Source of the DNA: Dictyostelium discoideum
Taxonomy: Eukaryota
DNA: 64,000 bases
Assembly: GCA_000004695.1 (NCBI GenBank)
Contig: CM000155.2
Coordinates: forward strand, 2,400,001-2,464,000
Reading direction: 5' to 3'
Shown: in pieces, positions 44,120-56,758 of the stretch
How positions within the stretch are numbered: position 1 is the first letter of the stretch
Layout: each line of letters opens with the position of its first letter
The notes under the pieces: model-generated
Seen by the model: only the letters and a program-made list of their open reading frames with translations
The model's database searches: none
Told to the model about the DNA's origin: nothing
Position numbers and translations under genes: made by a program

Positions 44120-46355
44120 TTATTTTGTTTCAACAATATACTCATTCTATCAAATCATCTATATATTATGTATACTAACTCAATTTTATTTTATAATTTT
44201 TTTAGTATCCATTATTTACACAAAATGTAACATCATTCTTTTGTAAAGCTGAAGAATCAATTAAACAAGGTGTTTCAATGGAGAATGAACAACAATTTCA
44301 ATATTTGGTAAAGGATGTAACAACAATTCTTCATCTCTTTGGAAGACTTGCTGACCAATTTGTTGTTTCATTTGCTCAAACTTTTACTGCTGCAAACTTT
44401 ATATTTCAAAAATTATTGGATATGTGTTTATTCTCTGTAAATCAATACATTTATAAATTTGGTAGTGATTGGGAAAAATTGTATTGTATCATTTTTTTTA
44501 TTTTTTTTATTTTTTTTATTTTTTTTATTTTTTTTTTTTTTGAAAATACTAACATTTTTATTATTATTATTACAGACAAATCGAATTATTATGTACAATT
44601 AGATCATTTTGTTTTTGGTTAGCAGAATATGGTAATCAAGTTAGAGCAATAGTTGGTCAACAACCAGATTTCGATAGTAATATCACCAAATTAATTAGTA
44701 TCATAGTACCATTATTTGAACGTAATGCACCAGAGAGTATTTTAAGCTCTGCTGGTAAATTATTAATGTCATTGGCTACAATTTCAAAACCCTTAAATTT
44801 ATTCACTCAAATGGATATGTTAATTAGTAATATTCATAACATTTGTGCTCCATTATCTCCATCAATTCAATCTATATTATATCCAGCTATATCCTGTACA
44901 ATTTTATTACCACCTTCAAATGTTAATTTATCACAACAAGTAAGTTTTGTTTTTTTTTTTTTTTTTTTAAAAAAAATACAATTAACTAATCAATTTATAA
45001 AAAAAAAAAAAAAAAAAATTAATTATAGTGGGATCAAAGAAGACCAAAATATTCACCATTTATTAAAGGTATTACAGCATCATTTTTAGAGATTCCACAA
45101 ATTCCAAATTTTGTTGAAGGTAAAATATTTTGTAAAGAAGAGTTGATTCAAAGAGTATTAAGAGTTTTAAAGGTTGTTACTGCAATCATTAGGACTGTAC
45201 CAGAAGTTACTCAAGCAAAGAGTATTTTACATGATGGTATTCAAGATACCTTAAAAGTTACTTTAGGTTTATTTAGAGTTTATATTAGTTATCCAAGTAT
45301 GTACATTATATAATAATAATTATTTTATTTTCTAAAAAAAAATATTTATTAATTCTAAATTTTTTTTTTTTCATAATAATAATAGTCGTATTGGAAGCTA
45401 TTTTAGACTTTTTCTTTGTATTGTTTGAATTTTTAAAAGCACAAGTTGGTGTTGTTTTTACCCAACAAACAATTTCGTATGTATTTACATTTATTTTTAT
45501 GAATGATGAAAAAGAAAATATATTAATAATTTTTTTTTTATTTAATTTAAACAGAACATTTTTAGATATTTTAGGAGGTGATAATTTAAATCAATTATTA
45601 AGTAGTGGTAATGATACAGGTATTTCAATTATAAAGAAATTAATAGAGATTCTTACATTTATAGTTCAACAACCAGGTAATAGTTTTGAAAGTTTATTAG
45701 GATCAACAATCGAATTTTCAATGGAGAAATTATATCCAATGATTGCAAATACCTCATCAGTATTAAGATCACCATTTTTCACATTACTTTATAGCATATT
45801 GGATAATCATTGGAAACAATGTCAACAAATTCAAATCAATAGTATATTAACATCATTCCAATCAATTTTCAAACAAAATGATGTAAATTTATTCAAACAA
45901 AACTTGGATCATTTTGAAAAATTAAATTCAAAATTAAAACTCTATGAAAAGATCTCTTCAATGGAACCTGTCTTTGGTTGTTCTTTCATTAGTATGTTTT
46001 TCGATGTTTTAATCTCTGATACTCAATCAGTACACACTGATGATATCATTGTCACAATTTATAGATTCGCTTCTCTAAACTTTGATAAATTCTTTAATGA
46101 GGTAAGTAGTATTTTTTAAAATTAAAAAAAAATATAAAATAAAAAAATATTCAAAGGTATTAATTCATTTATTTATTTTTTTTAACAATAATTTAGTTTT
46201 TCACAACATTTTTGGTTCAAAAGAATCAATTATCAAATGAACAAAAACAAATTTTAAGATCAAATTTTTCAAATGCAATAGATCAACCAACCTTTTCAAC
46301 AAATATGACACAATTTATTAATGATTTTTCATATTTTTCTTTTATCAACAGTTAA
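41945..46355 (+). CDS. xpo6: Exportin-6 (XPO6/RanBP20) orthologue of about 1047 aa, 11 exons: 41945..42041, 42406..42635, 42758..42874, 42971..43268, 43386..44083, 44206..44480, 44576..44939, 45029..45296, 45386..45476, 45555..46101, 46197..46355.
   Basis: Collinear similarity to human XPO6 across all exons. ...TTDNPKRKEI|DTILNNYKAQSDSYEHVQYYLVHSDNQYVIWFSLSVIEDKVNKAW matches TTNERKREIEELLNNFAQQIGAWRFCLYFLSSTRNDYVMMYSLTVFENLINKMW. NVLPQFIISKLGQVIADIGRYEF matches TLPYFIRNKLCKVIVDIGRQDW. LECLNEIVSKNLVPKGFESFLMRIFHQ...HLGRIETNPNFPIPDFLGLLFQYSFFQ...CIDIWSTFLDYL matches MSCINELMSKNCVPMEFEEYLLRMFQQ..HLRRIESYSQFPVVEFLTLLFKYTFHQ..CLDIWTLFLDYL. KSIEVVAKVTEL matches QSLEVVAKVMEL. The last exon FFTTFLVQ...RSNFSNAIDQPTFSTNMTQFINDFSYFSF matches FFAAFLPEF...GRNFKMDRDLPSFTQNVHRLVNDLRYYRL. 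All junctions are GT..AG with consistent phases. Intron 1 is about 364 bp. Confidence 0.9.
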
Positions 46356-46844
46356 ATATTCATGGTAAATAATAAACATCATCACGCCACTAATAAAAAT
46401 AATAATAAAAAAATAATAATAATAATAATAGTATACATCATCCAAATTATCTAAAAATTCGTAAATATAACCAACCCTCTGTCAATTATAATATCCAATT
46501 AAAAAAAAAAAAAAAAGAAAGAAAAAAAAAAAAAAAGAAAAAAAAAAGAAAAAAAAAATAATAATAATTATACATATATATATCATGCAAATACAAAAAT
46601 GAATGAATTCAAAAAAACAAAAAAACAAAAAAACATAAAAAAAAAAAAAATACCATAAAAATAGGGATCTTTAAATAAAATCCTCAAATCATTTCAAATA
46701 ATATACAAATAAAAAAAAAAAAAAAATAAAATAAAAAAAAACAAAAATAAAGAATAAAAAAAAAAAGATAAACAAAAAAAACAAAAAAAAAAAATTATAA
46801 ATCTTATATATAACATTTATAAATTTTAATTTTAATTTATTTTA

Positions 46845-47502
46845 TTATTGCATAAGTTTATGTTTATTTAATTCTACATTCTTTGAATACCTAAAACTAT
46901 AAAATTTATAAGTTTCTGGTCTCTGTTTTGTTCCATAATTTCCTAAAAATTGTTGATCAACTGGAACAATATGATTCTCAAATCCTCTTTTTGTCATTTC
47001 ATCAATAAAATATGAGACACCCTAATTAAAACAAACAATAAAATAAAATTAGAAATTAGAAATTAGAAATTAGAAATTAGAAATTAGAAATTAGTTATAC
47101 ACTTTTGTATTTCCAGGTTTTCTTTTTTTTTTTTTTTTTTTTTTTAAAAAAATAATAATTACATCTCTGTCATCTGATAAAATTTCATAAAAAATACCAT
47201 CCTCTTTTAAAAACTTTTGAATAACTTTAATTAAATTGCCAACACTTAACATTGAATAAGTTAATTCACTTCCAAAAATAATATCATATTTTGTATCATC
47301 TGTATTTGTATCAATTTCATCCCAATTTAAATTAATAACTTTAGTTTTATTTCTTATATTTTCTAAATCTAATGATTTATCAACACTATTTGCTTCTTCA
47401 TCATCACTATCAAATCCATCTTGTTGTTTTGCATTTAATTCAATATTATATTTTAAATTTTCAACTAACTAATAATAATAATAATTAAATAAATAAACAA
47501 AT

Positions 47503-47549
<47 letters not shown>

Positions 47550-47917
47550 TACTAAGAATGATTTAAGTCTTACAGGATTCAAATAATCAGATAATGTAAC
47601 ATTTTTTGAATAATAAGCAGAAAGGATACCTGGTAAACCTGTACCACTACCTAATTCTAAAACTGTTTTATCTGTAAATGCATCTTGATTCTTATAAACC
47701 CATCTTGATAAAATAATTGCTGCATCCCATGTAGAACAACCAATACCACCTTCAATGATTGACATTTCCCTTAAGAAGATCTCCTTTTCCCATTCTCTTT
47801 CTTTTTTATCATATTTACCGAATCCAACAGTTCTTCTTTTATAATGATTGGCTCCTAATGCATATTCTTTCCAATCAATACCTAAATTACCCATTTTTTC
47901 TCTTCCGTTTAACATTT
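46845..47917 (-). CDS. Class I SAM-dependent protein-lysine methyltransferase-like protein (Methyltransf_16 / METTL21 / FAM86 type) of about 274 aa. Three exons: 47917..47574, 47468..47163, 47021..46845.
   Basis: Exon 1 has the motif-I region GGIGCSTWDAAIILSRWVYKNQDAFTDKTVLELGSGTGLPGILSAYYSKNVTLSDYLNP. Exon 2 has LVENLKYNIELNA...NLNWDE...YDIIFGSELTYSMLSVGNLIKVIQKFLKEDGIFY (motif post-I/II, the D/E-x-x-Y region). Exon 3 is GVSYFIDEMTKRGFENHIVPV.... Introns are gtaaga..ttattag and gtaatt..ttaattag. Intron 2 carries (AGAAATT)6. Confidence 0.8.
47051..47092. repeat. (AGAAATT)6 heptanucleotide tandem repeat in intron 2 of the methyltransferase gene.
   Basis: agaaattagaaattagaaattagaaattagaaattagaaatt, six perfect units. 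Confidence 0.9.
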
Positions 47918-48077
47918 TTTACTTTAGTTTTTTAATTGTTTGTAAACAATTTTAATTAAAAAAAAAATAAAATAAAAAAAAAAATTAAAAAAAAAAAATA
48001 TCGTTTTTTTGAAAAATAAAAATAAAAAAAAAAAAAATAAAAAATGAAAAAACGAAATTTATTTTTATCTTTTTTCA

Positions 48078-49662
48078 ATCAGAACTGATGATTGTAAATT
48101 ATCATCAAATACATTAAAATTATAATGATTTTTAACAGCTGTTATTTTAAAATTTAATAAAATATTTGAAATTGCAATATAAATCTCATCACTTGAAAAA
48201 TTACAAGAGTTGCTTTTAAAAAAGAAAAAAAAAAAGTTAGTATTTGGTTGATAATTTTTTTTTTCTTTTTTTTTATTACTTACAAATTAATTGATTGGTT
48301 ATTATAATTTAAAAATCTTTTTGGATTAAAATTAAATGGATCATTAAAATATTTTTCATTTAAATTCATTGACTTATGATTTATAATTATTTGGGAATCT
48401 TTTGGAATAAAATAACCATTTACCAAACTATCTTTTTTACAAGTAATTGGTGACGATAATTGATCCACTGGATTTAACCTTAAAACTTCTTTACAAATAG
48501 AATTTGTAATGGGTGTATATGATTTATCAGATAGTTTTATAATATTTTCCCCAACACCATTATATAAAAGTTTTGTATTAATAACGGATTTCAATTCATT
48601 AAAAGCTAAATATTGATAGTCTTGATCTTGTGCAATTAATACAAAAAAATTTTCAATAACTTTTGATATACTTTCGGATTTATTTAAAATATAGTCTGTA
48701 CATTTATAAACTACTTGTTTTTTAATTTTTTCTTTTGTTTCAAAACTATTTTCTTTATAAATAATAATATCCATAAAATCTTTTAAACTAATTTAAATTA
48801 AAGTATAAATTGTAAATAATATTATTTATTATTAAATTATAAAAAAAAAAAAAATCAACTAACCTTTGATCAATATTTGATATATGGTAATAAAATTGAT
48901 TTTCAATAAAATTAGTTATTGAATTTAAATCACTAGAATTTGACTTTTCTTTATTCTTATTAATTTCATTCACCAATTTCATTATTTTTTTTATTTCTTT
49001 ATAATTTTCATTCTTTAAATCAATATTAAATAATAATTTAAAGATAATGGAAAATGAAAAAATTGAACATAATAATTTTGGTTCAAACTGTAATAAATAG
49101 TTGTTAATAATAATTTCCGTAAACTAATAATAATAATATTATTATATTATAAAAATTACCTCTTTATTGTTTTTTATACTACAATTCATTGACTGAATTA
49201 AATTAATTGTACTTTCATTAAAAACCAAATTTATTAAATTTGATTTTAAATTTAAAATAAAAATATCTCTTTTAATATATTTAGGTTTTTCTTTTATAGT
49301 TTTTTTCATTTCTTTTTCAATTAAAGGATCACTAATTATTACTGTAAATACTTCACCTATCCAAACTCTAAAAATTCCTTTTTTAAAATAATTTTCTAAT
49401 TTGTGAAAATATAAAATTTTATTTTTACCAATTTGTAAATTATTTCCAAAGAATGGTATAGGAAAACTTGGACCATCTAATTCATTTTTAAATTTTGGTC
49501 TATACAATATATACTTATTATTTAAAAAAAAATATTAAAAATTTGATTAATTCTTTTTTTTTTTTTTTTTTTTTATAAACAATTTTCAATAATAATTACA
49601 CATTTAATAAAAAATTGAAACATTAATATTGAAATAAATATAAAAACAAAAGTTTCAATCAT
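48078..49662 (-). pseudogene. Cytochrome P450-like locus, probably a pseudogene or highly degenerate paralogue. It has an N-terminal membrane anchor, a Pro-rich hinge, a K-helix ExxR and PERF-like motifs. It also has an in-frame TAA, no canonical I-helix, and a degenerate heme-binding loop.
   Basis: Exon 1 (49662..49600) MIETFVFIFISILMFQFFIKC|gtaatt. The next segment (49513..48864) reads YILYRPKFKNELDGPSFPIPFFGNNLQIGK...GIFRVWIGEVFTVIISDPLIEKEM, the P450 N-terminal PxxGN/hinge pattern. A single in-frame TAA at 49144..49142 sits in the same frame that continues to ...HISNIDQ, and no phase-compatible GT..AG pair removes it. Exon (48787..about 48296) has CKEVLRLNPVDQ (ExxR), GYFIPKDSQIIINHKSMNLNEKYFNDPFNFNPKRF (compare xGYxIPxGT..W.DPxxFxPERF). 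The last exon gives FNSCNFSSDEIYIAISNILLNFKI where FxxGxRxCxG is expected. The Cys is kept but Gly/Arg are lost. An AGxDTT-like I-helix is not detectable (IAQDQDYQ). Confidence 0.65.
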
Positions 49663-50059
49663 TTTTCTCTATAAAAAAATTTTAGTTAATTTATATGATA
49701 ATATTTCTTTTAATAATAGTTAGTTTAAAAAAATAAAAAAAAAAAAAAAACTTTTATAATTAATTATTTTATTTTTTTTATTTATTTTATTTTTATTTTT
49801 AAAGATTAATATCTTGGTTAAATTTTCCTAATAACATTTTTTTTTCAATTTCAATGGAATGTTTTATTACTACGGGTCAAATAGTTATTTATCTACTAAA
49901 TCTTTATTTTATGTGTGGTTAATTTTTTTTTTTTTTTTTTAATAAAATTCAGAACCACAATTTAAAAAAAAAAATTTTAAAATTTTTTTTTTTTTATGTC
50001 TATTTTCTTAATAATATTTATTTATTTATTTATTTATTTTTTATTTTTTAAAAAAAAAA

Positions 50060-51353
50060 TTAAGAAATATTATTATTGTTATTGCATGAGAGATATAATG
50101 AATAGATTCTATCACATTGCTTTAGGTGTTCTATTGTTTCAACTACGCAATTTTTCATAGAACATGACCTTTTATTTAAGTTGGGATATTCTTCACCATT
50201 CAAAAATGCACATTTATTTGAAACATAACAAAAATTTCTAGATTTTTCACTTTCTTTACAAAGAGGAGTCATTATTAAATCTTTTGTAACACATCTATTT
50301 GTTGAACCATCACAAATTTCATCATCATACAAGCAACCATCGTATCTACAATTAAAGGTTTTAGTTTCATTTCTTGGTAGACATTTAAATTCATTTAAAT
50401 TTGGTTTCACTTGTTTACACTAAAATAAAATTATTATTATTATTTAAATTAAAATTAGTTGTTTGTAAATAAAAATTATTAAAATATTAAAATTTTAAAA
50501 AAAATAATTACAACTAAAGATTTTGAAATATCGCATTGATCATTTGGTGTAGAATCATGACCAAAACAAGTTTGACCCCTTTGTAAACTATACTTTTCAA
50601 TACACTTACCACCTGCACAAACAGTACTTAATGGACATTCAAAATTAAACGAACAAGTGGAACCAATGGTTTTAACTGGAACACATCTTGCATTTGGACA
50701 TCCGTTCTGACTGTAGTTTAAACCACAAATTGAAATTGCATTACAATAAAATTCACTTGGACAATCATATTTATCTATACATTCTTGTGTAGTATTTGTG
50801 CATATTGAATCTTGGCATTTTAATGACCCAACACATTGGTGATTAAATTCACACGGCTTATAGATTATTAAATAAATAAAATAACCTTATATAATGTTAG
50901 AGTACTAATTTTTTAAATAAATAAATATTATTATAAATAATTGTTTTATAAAAAACAAAAACATACCTCACCATAATAAGAAAATTTATAATCAATACAA
51001 TATTGTTCTTTATCATTTCCACTTGGAGAAAAACAACTTAATCCTTGTTTACAATCACTATTAAAAATACAAGGTTCTCCTAGACTTTTTCTATTTTTGC
51101 AAACATAAACTAAATCATCATCACTATCAGAATCTTGCAATTGATCTGCCATTGTTTCATTTTGTAATTGACAAGAATGACCCATTGAACATGGTCTTTC
51201 TAAGTGTTCATCAACACATTCTTCACCTGGTCTAATACATTCTAATATTTTGGGTTTATAAAGATGAAAATCATTTAGTAGTGGTAAATTATTTGATTTT
51301 ACCAAATTTAATAATGCAATAATAATTATTAATAGTAGAAATAATATTTTCAT
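50060..51353 (-). CDS. Secreted cysteine-rich protein of about 363 aa with about 40 Cys in repeated CxxxxC...C modules and an N-terminal signal peptide. Three exons: 51353..50967, 50856..50512, 50419..50060.
   Basis: Signal peptide MKILFLLLIIIIALLNLVKS. Exon 1 ends ...SYYGE|gtatgt. Exon 2 starts at tctataag|CCGTGT, reading PCEFNHQCVGSLKCQDSICTNTTQECIDKYDCPSEFYCNAISICGLNYSQNGCPNARCVPVKTIGSTCSFNFECPLSTVCAGGKCIEKYSL.... Exon 3 starts at ttattttag|TGTAAACAAGTG, reading CKQVKPNLNEFKCLPRNE...CDGSTNRCVTKD...SCSMKNCVV. All phases are 0. Repeated motifs of the GEPCxxNSDCKxGLSC type resemble Dickkopf/colipase/EGF-like disulfide modules, but I cannot make a confident family call. Confidence 0.65.
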
Positions 51354-52127
51354 TTTTTTTTTTTTTTTTTTTTGAATACAATTTTTTTATATTTATTTAT
51401 TTAATTAATTTTTTGTTGTTGTTGCTTTTTTAAAATAATTTATTAAAACCAAATATTGGCATTATATATTTATATATATATATAATATAATATATGGTTA
51501 TAAAAAAAAAAAAAAATTAAAAAAAAAATAAAAAAAAAAATAAATAAATTAAAATTATAAAAAAATTATATAAATAATTAAACAACATAACCTACAATTA
51601 TTTGCTGATTATTTTTAAACAGAAACCTATTAAAAAAAAAAAAAGAAACAATACAAAACTAAACATCGCATTACTAAACAATTTAAAATAAACACCACAA
51701 TACACACATATTTTACTTATTATTTTTTTATTTATTTACAAATCTATAGATTAAATAAAAAAAAAAATAAAAAAAAAAAAATCAATGTTCTTTTTATTTA
51801 AATATTTATTTTTTTATTATTTTTTTTTTATGAATAAATAAATAATTGTTGTAATTATTTTTTTTTTTTTTTTTTTTTTTTGATTTTAATTTTTATCTAT
51901 CTCTATTAATATTTTTTTTTTTTATTTTAATTTATATCTTATTAATTTTTTTTAATTATTTTTTTTTTTTTTTTTTTTATAAAAAAAATATTATTATTAT
52001 TTATTTATTATTATTTATTTATTATTATTTATTATTATTTAATATTATTATAATTTTATTTATTTATTATTTATTATTATTATTTTTTTTTATTATTTAT
52101 TATTTATTATAATTATAATAATTTTAT

Positions 52128-55100
52128 TTAAAAATCATCATAATCATTACCTAATTTTACATATTCTTGAAGTTTCTTTCTGAAATTATCATAACCACTA
52201 TCTAATTGTTTTTGTAATTCAGCACCATCTTCTTTTGTGAGGGAAGCATTAAATTTCAAACCGAAATCCAAAGTTTTAGAGAATTCTTTAATGACTTCAC
52301 TAAGTTTTTGAATGTGTTCAGCATTATGATTTTGATATTGACCTTCAGCAAGGAAAGAGGAACAAATTGCCAATGGACCAGCGTTAACTTGTAAGAGTAA
52401 ACAACCTTGTAAATGAATTTGAAGGGTTTTAGTATTTGCAGGACGAGAATTTAATTCAGCCTTTAAGATGGTCACTTTCTTTTGAATCAATTCGATTGAA
52501 GCTTCGATTGGAGTTAATTCGATCTCTTCTTTCTTTACGATTGGTAATCTCTTTTTCAAGTAAGGGAAATAGTTTGGAGTGGTTAAAATGATTTTCTTTT
52601 TCCATTGTTCAGTTACGTTCTCGCTGTATTGAGTTTTACCATTCTTTGTGAAAGGAATTTCAAAGATGAATTTATTAAGATGAGTATTTTGTTGGAAAGG
52701 TGTAGTTCTCTCTTTTAATTCCTCTGGTAAGAGATAAGGATCCACTGAAATGATTTGAATGTAAATATGTTTAACATCTAAACTTGATAGATCCACTGGT
52801 TTATTATTTGGTAAGAGATGGAATTTATCTTCACCAAATTTATCACAATATTGTTTCTTTAAACGTTCGGATAAATCAGAAAGACGGACATAGTTATTCT
52901 CTTTGTAAACAAATTCTTTACCATGTAAATCTGGAATTAAATCTTGACAATAGAAAGCCACACGATAATAATTTGAAAAGATTCTTTGATTTACAACATT
53001 CTCACTAATGATTTGATTACAAAGTAAGACCAACTCTTGATAGGCATCTCTTTGTTTGGTCCAATCTTTTTGATGTTGATAAGTTGGTAATAAGAGACGA
53101 TAGGTTTCAGCTGCGGATTCAAAGTAACCAGATTTTTGAATTTGAATTGCATCCTTTAGAAGATTAATGAAACCAGTATCGGTGAAATGATCCAATTTAC
53201 AAATTTCACCTTCAACATCCTCCAACAATGATAGATCTGGTAGAGTTAATTCGTTGGCAACATTTGGTGAAACTGTAGTGAAATCGGTGGCTAATAACTC
53301 CTTTGGGAAACGATTTAATAATTTTAGATAACCACTAACCAATGCTGCTGCAATGATTGAAACTTGTGCAGCTTCTTCCATTGACTTTTGTTGTTTTAAA
53401 AATTCTTTAAAACTCTTTAACAAAGTGATACGAAGATCAGGACTTTCAATAAAGGTATTTGATAGATTATAGTATAGATCAGCTTTCATCTCTGGATCAT
53501 AGGAATGTTGCATAATCTTTACATTATTTTTAATTACACCGAATAAACGTTCTTTTAATTCATCTATTTGTTGAGCTATAGTTGGTTGAGTACGAGTAGC
53601 ACCATTTGATGATTGTTGAGAACCAATTGATGGTCTTGATGTCGATGTTGTTGTTGTTGTTGATTTAACATTACCTGATGAAACGCTTGTAGAGTATGAA
53701 GTTTTCAATAAAGAGTTATTACAATTTTGTTTAACAAACTTTGCAATTGAATCTAAACATGCATAGAGATAAGAGAATACGATTTCAACTGATTCAGTTT
53801 GAACATTCTTTTCAACAATTTCATTAAGAATTTGAGAGATTGCAACGGTTGAATGTAATTTCATACGTGAGAAATGACCCATCTCTTTCAAATTATTATA
53901 AATCATTAAATAGATTAAAGTGGTAGCATATTGTCTACTTGGTGAATGTCTACTACAACAATATTTGAAAACCAATTGAGTTAAATTTTCACAGATTGAA
54001 TTATTTTGTTTGAATAAAACATGTTTGAATTCACCAACCAATGTTGCCAATACACTAAACACAGGTTTAATTACAGAGAATGAAAGATCCTGTTTCAATA
54101 ATTGTAAAATGACACGGAATAGAATATGATCGGTATAAGCTACTGTAGTACCTTTTAAAAGATCCGATTTAAATTCTCTAATGAAAACAGTGAAAGCATT
54201 CAAAACGGTTAAAGTTACCTCTTGACAAAGATTACCATACATCATTTGAATTGTTTCTTGAGTAGTTGATCCTTGAGTGAAATCAACAGTTAAGAAAGTT
54301 ACACTACTTGCAAATGCACGTAATCCAGGATTTGGTGATTGTTGAGAATAAGCAGAACCAGTTGACTGACCTAAAACATTTGATGTATCTTTATTTACAT
54401 TTAATAGAGGTGATTGACTACCATTAATTGAATTTGAATTTGCATTTAAATTGCCAATATTTTCTTTATTATTTGAAGTTTGTGATGGTGAATTCATACT
54501 ATTTTTCATACCAGTTGAAGATGCTAATTGTTGTTCAATCATTTGTTTTGCTTTATCAGGTTTAATATTTGAAACATTTTGTTTTACACTACTTTTACTT
54601 GGTTTTTCTTTCTTTTTACCAGGTGAATCAGTATTGGCATCCAATGAAAGATTTGATTGATGAGTTTGAATTGATTTTGAACTACTTTCTAAATCGTCAT
54701 CTTTTTGATTGTATTCTTTTGCATAATCGAAAATTGATAAACAATTTGTAAGAATTTGGAAAAAGATAACATTATTTCTTGGAGTTTCTTTCTTCCACCA
54801 ATCAGAGATCGTATTGGTATTATTTAAATTCTTTACGATATAAATGAAACAAGTTAACCAAGAACGTTGTTCCTCTTGATCGAATTTACTAATGTAGGCA
54901 TCATAATGATAGACAATGATTGGAAGCAATGGGAAGAACAATGCTGCTATTCTTTCTCTCATCGCTGGTGAATTGTAGAGTGGATTTGTATCGATTTTCG
55001 ATATTATCTCACGAAGTGTATTGATTACTTTTAATCTCATCTCTTTATCACGAGCTGGTATCACTGCCGAGACCTCTTGTAACATTAAACCAATTATAAA

Positions 55101-56727
55101 ATGTTTTCTATAGAATACTTGGAATAAATCTTGAATCGATGGGAATGGTGATATTGGTGCGGGTGAATTCAATGCAATAAAAGAGTCATTTGATGCGAGT
55201 ACTCTGAAAAGACGTGATTTCAATTCGGTTAATTCCATAACGGTATTGGAACAATCTAAACCTGCAATATAATTTCTAATGATACGGAATACGAAACCAC
55301 GTGACATTATATCCAATAGATCATTGATAAAATGACCAATATTAACAATGAGTACTTTTGCAACCAATTGTTTTGCACCCTTTAATTGAACTAATAATTG
55401 ATCGAATAAAAAGCTAAATCTATTTAAAATCTCTTCACTAAATCTATTGGTACGATTACGACCTGATTTTAATTGATCACGATTTTGAATATCAGCAATC
55501 ATTGATTTCTTTATTATACCAAATAAAAACCATGAATATTGAATTGATAATAATATTAAATCATCTTGTCTTAATTGATTTGGATTTGGTATTGTTTGAG
55601 TTGTTGATGATGATGATGATGATGATGATGGTGTTGGTGTTGGTGTTGGTGGAGTTAAATTAGTAGTTGAAGAATTTTGTAATGATGATGACGATGTTGA
55701 TGATGCTGGTGGAGGTGATTGAACTATTGGTGTTGTAGTAATTGTTATAGTTGAGGATGAAGTGGTTGAAGCACTATTACCTTCTAATAATTGATTCCAA
55801 ACTTGAATAATATTATCATACAATGAAAAGGAGTGAGAATTTTCACTATTAAATACATAGGTTATATATGAAGTTAAAACATCCTCTGGTACAGAATCTA
55901 ATAGATTCAATAAGACATTAAAAGAATTTGCAGATACTTCAGCAGATAAACTTGTAATTGATTTAAATAATAAACGAATGATTGATGGGAAGAATTGAGT
56001 TTTTAAAGTATTTGGTACAGAAGGTAACTTTTTAATATTTTCATTTAAAAGTGTATGATTTGATTCAATCGATTCCTTTAAGAGATAAGCCAATGTTGGA
56101 TCTTGAGGATAAAGTGAAGAGATAACTCTAGTTTTGAAAGAGAATACCGGTTTTTTATTATCGACCCAAATCTTATGATTGATGGTATCCTTTGAATCCT
56201 TGATATCCTTTGCCTCTTGAGCTAAATAACGTGGGGGAAATACAGTGCCAACTGGTCTCTTATATTTACCATCGCAAATGATACGATCTTGTTCAAACAA
56301 TCTAACCACACTATAACCCAATGGAGTATGCATTGGATTCTCGGATTTCTTTGATTTCTTACAACCTAAATGATAAAATGTCACCAAAAGATGATGATTA
56401 GCCGTTAAATTGGATGGTAAATTAATTTTAATTTCATCAGAGAATTTTGGTTTCTTATTATGATAAACTACAGAGGTCAAGAATGAACAAGTCAATAAAG
56501 GTGTTGTACTTGTACCATGTGTATTCTTCATACCAATGGCTGTGACACTACTATCATCCTCCATCAATTTCACTTCTAAGAATATATTTCTAGCACTTCC
56601 TCTGTCACTTTTAAAATTGGTTAAATTTACACTCTTTGGATAAAAATACAAAACATTTGAAAATGTTAAATGTGGTTCTTTTGATTTTAATATTAATTCT
56701 TCATTACAACTATTATCTGTATGATGA

Positions 56728-56758
<31 letters not shown>

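Noticed and set aside
49125-49159. A 35-bp mini-intron (gtaatt...tattag) that would remove the in-frame TAA in the P450-like locus.
   Set aside because: It is shorter than any plausible Dictyostelium intron. Its phases are incompatible (donor phase 0, acceptor leaves the downstream exon one base out of frame), so it would create a frameshift instead of rescuing the ORF.
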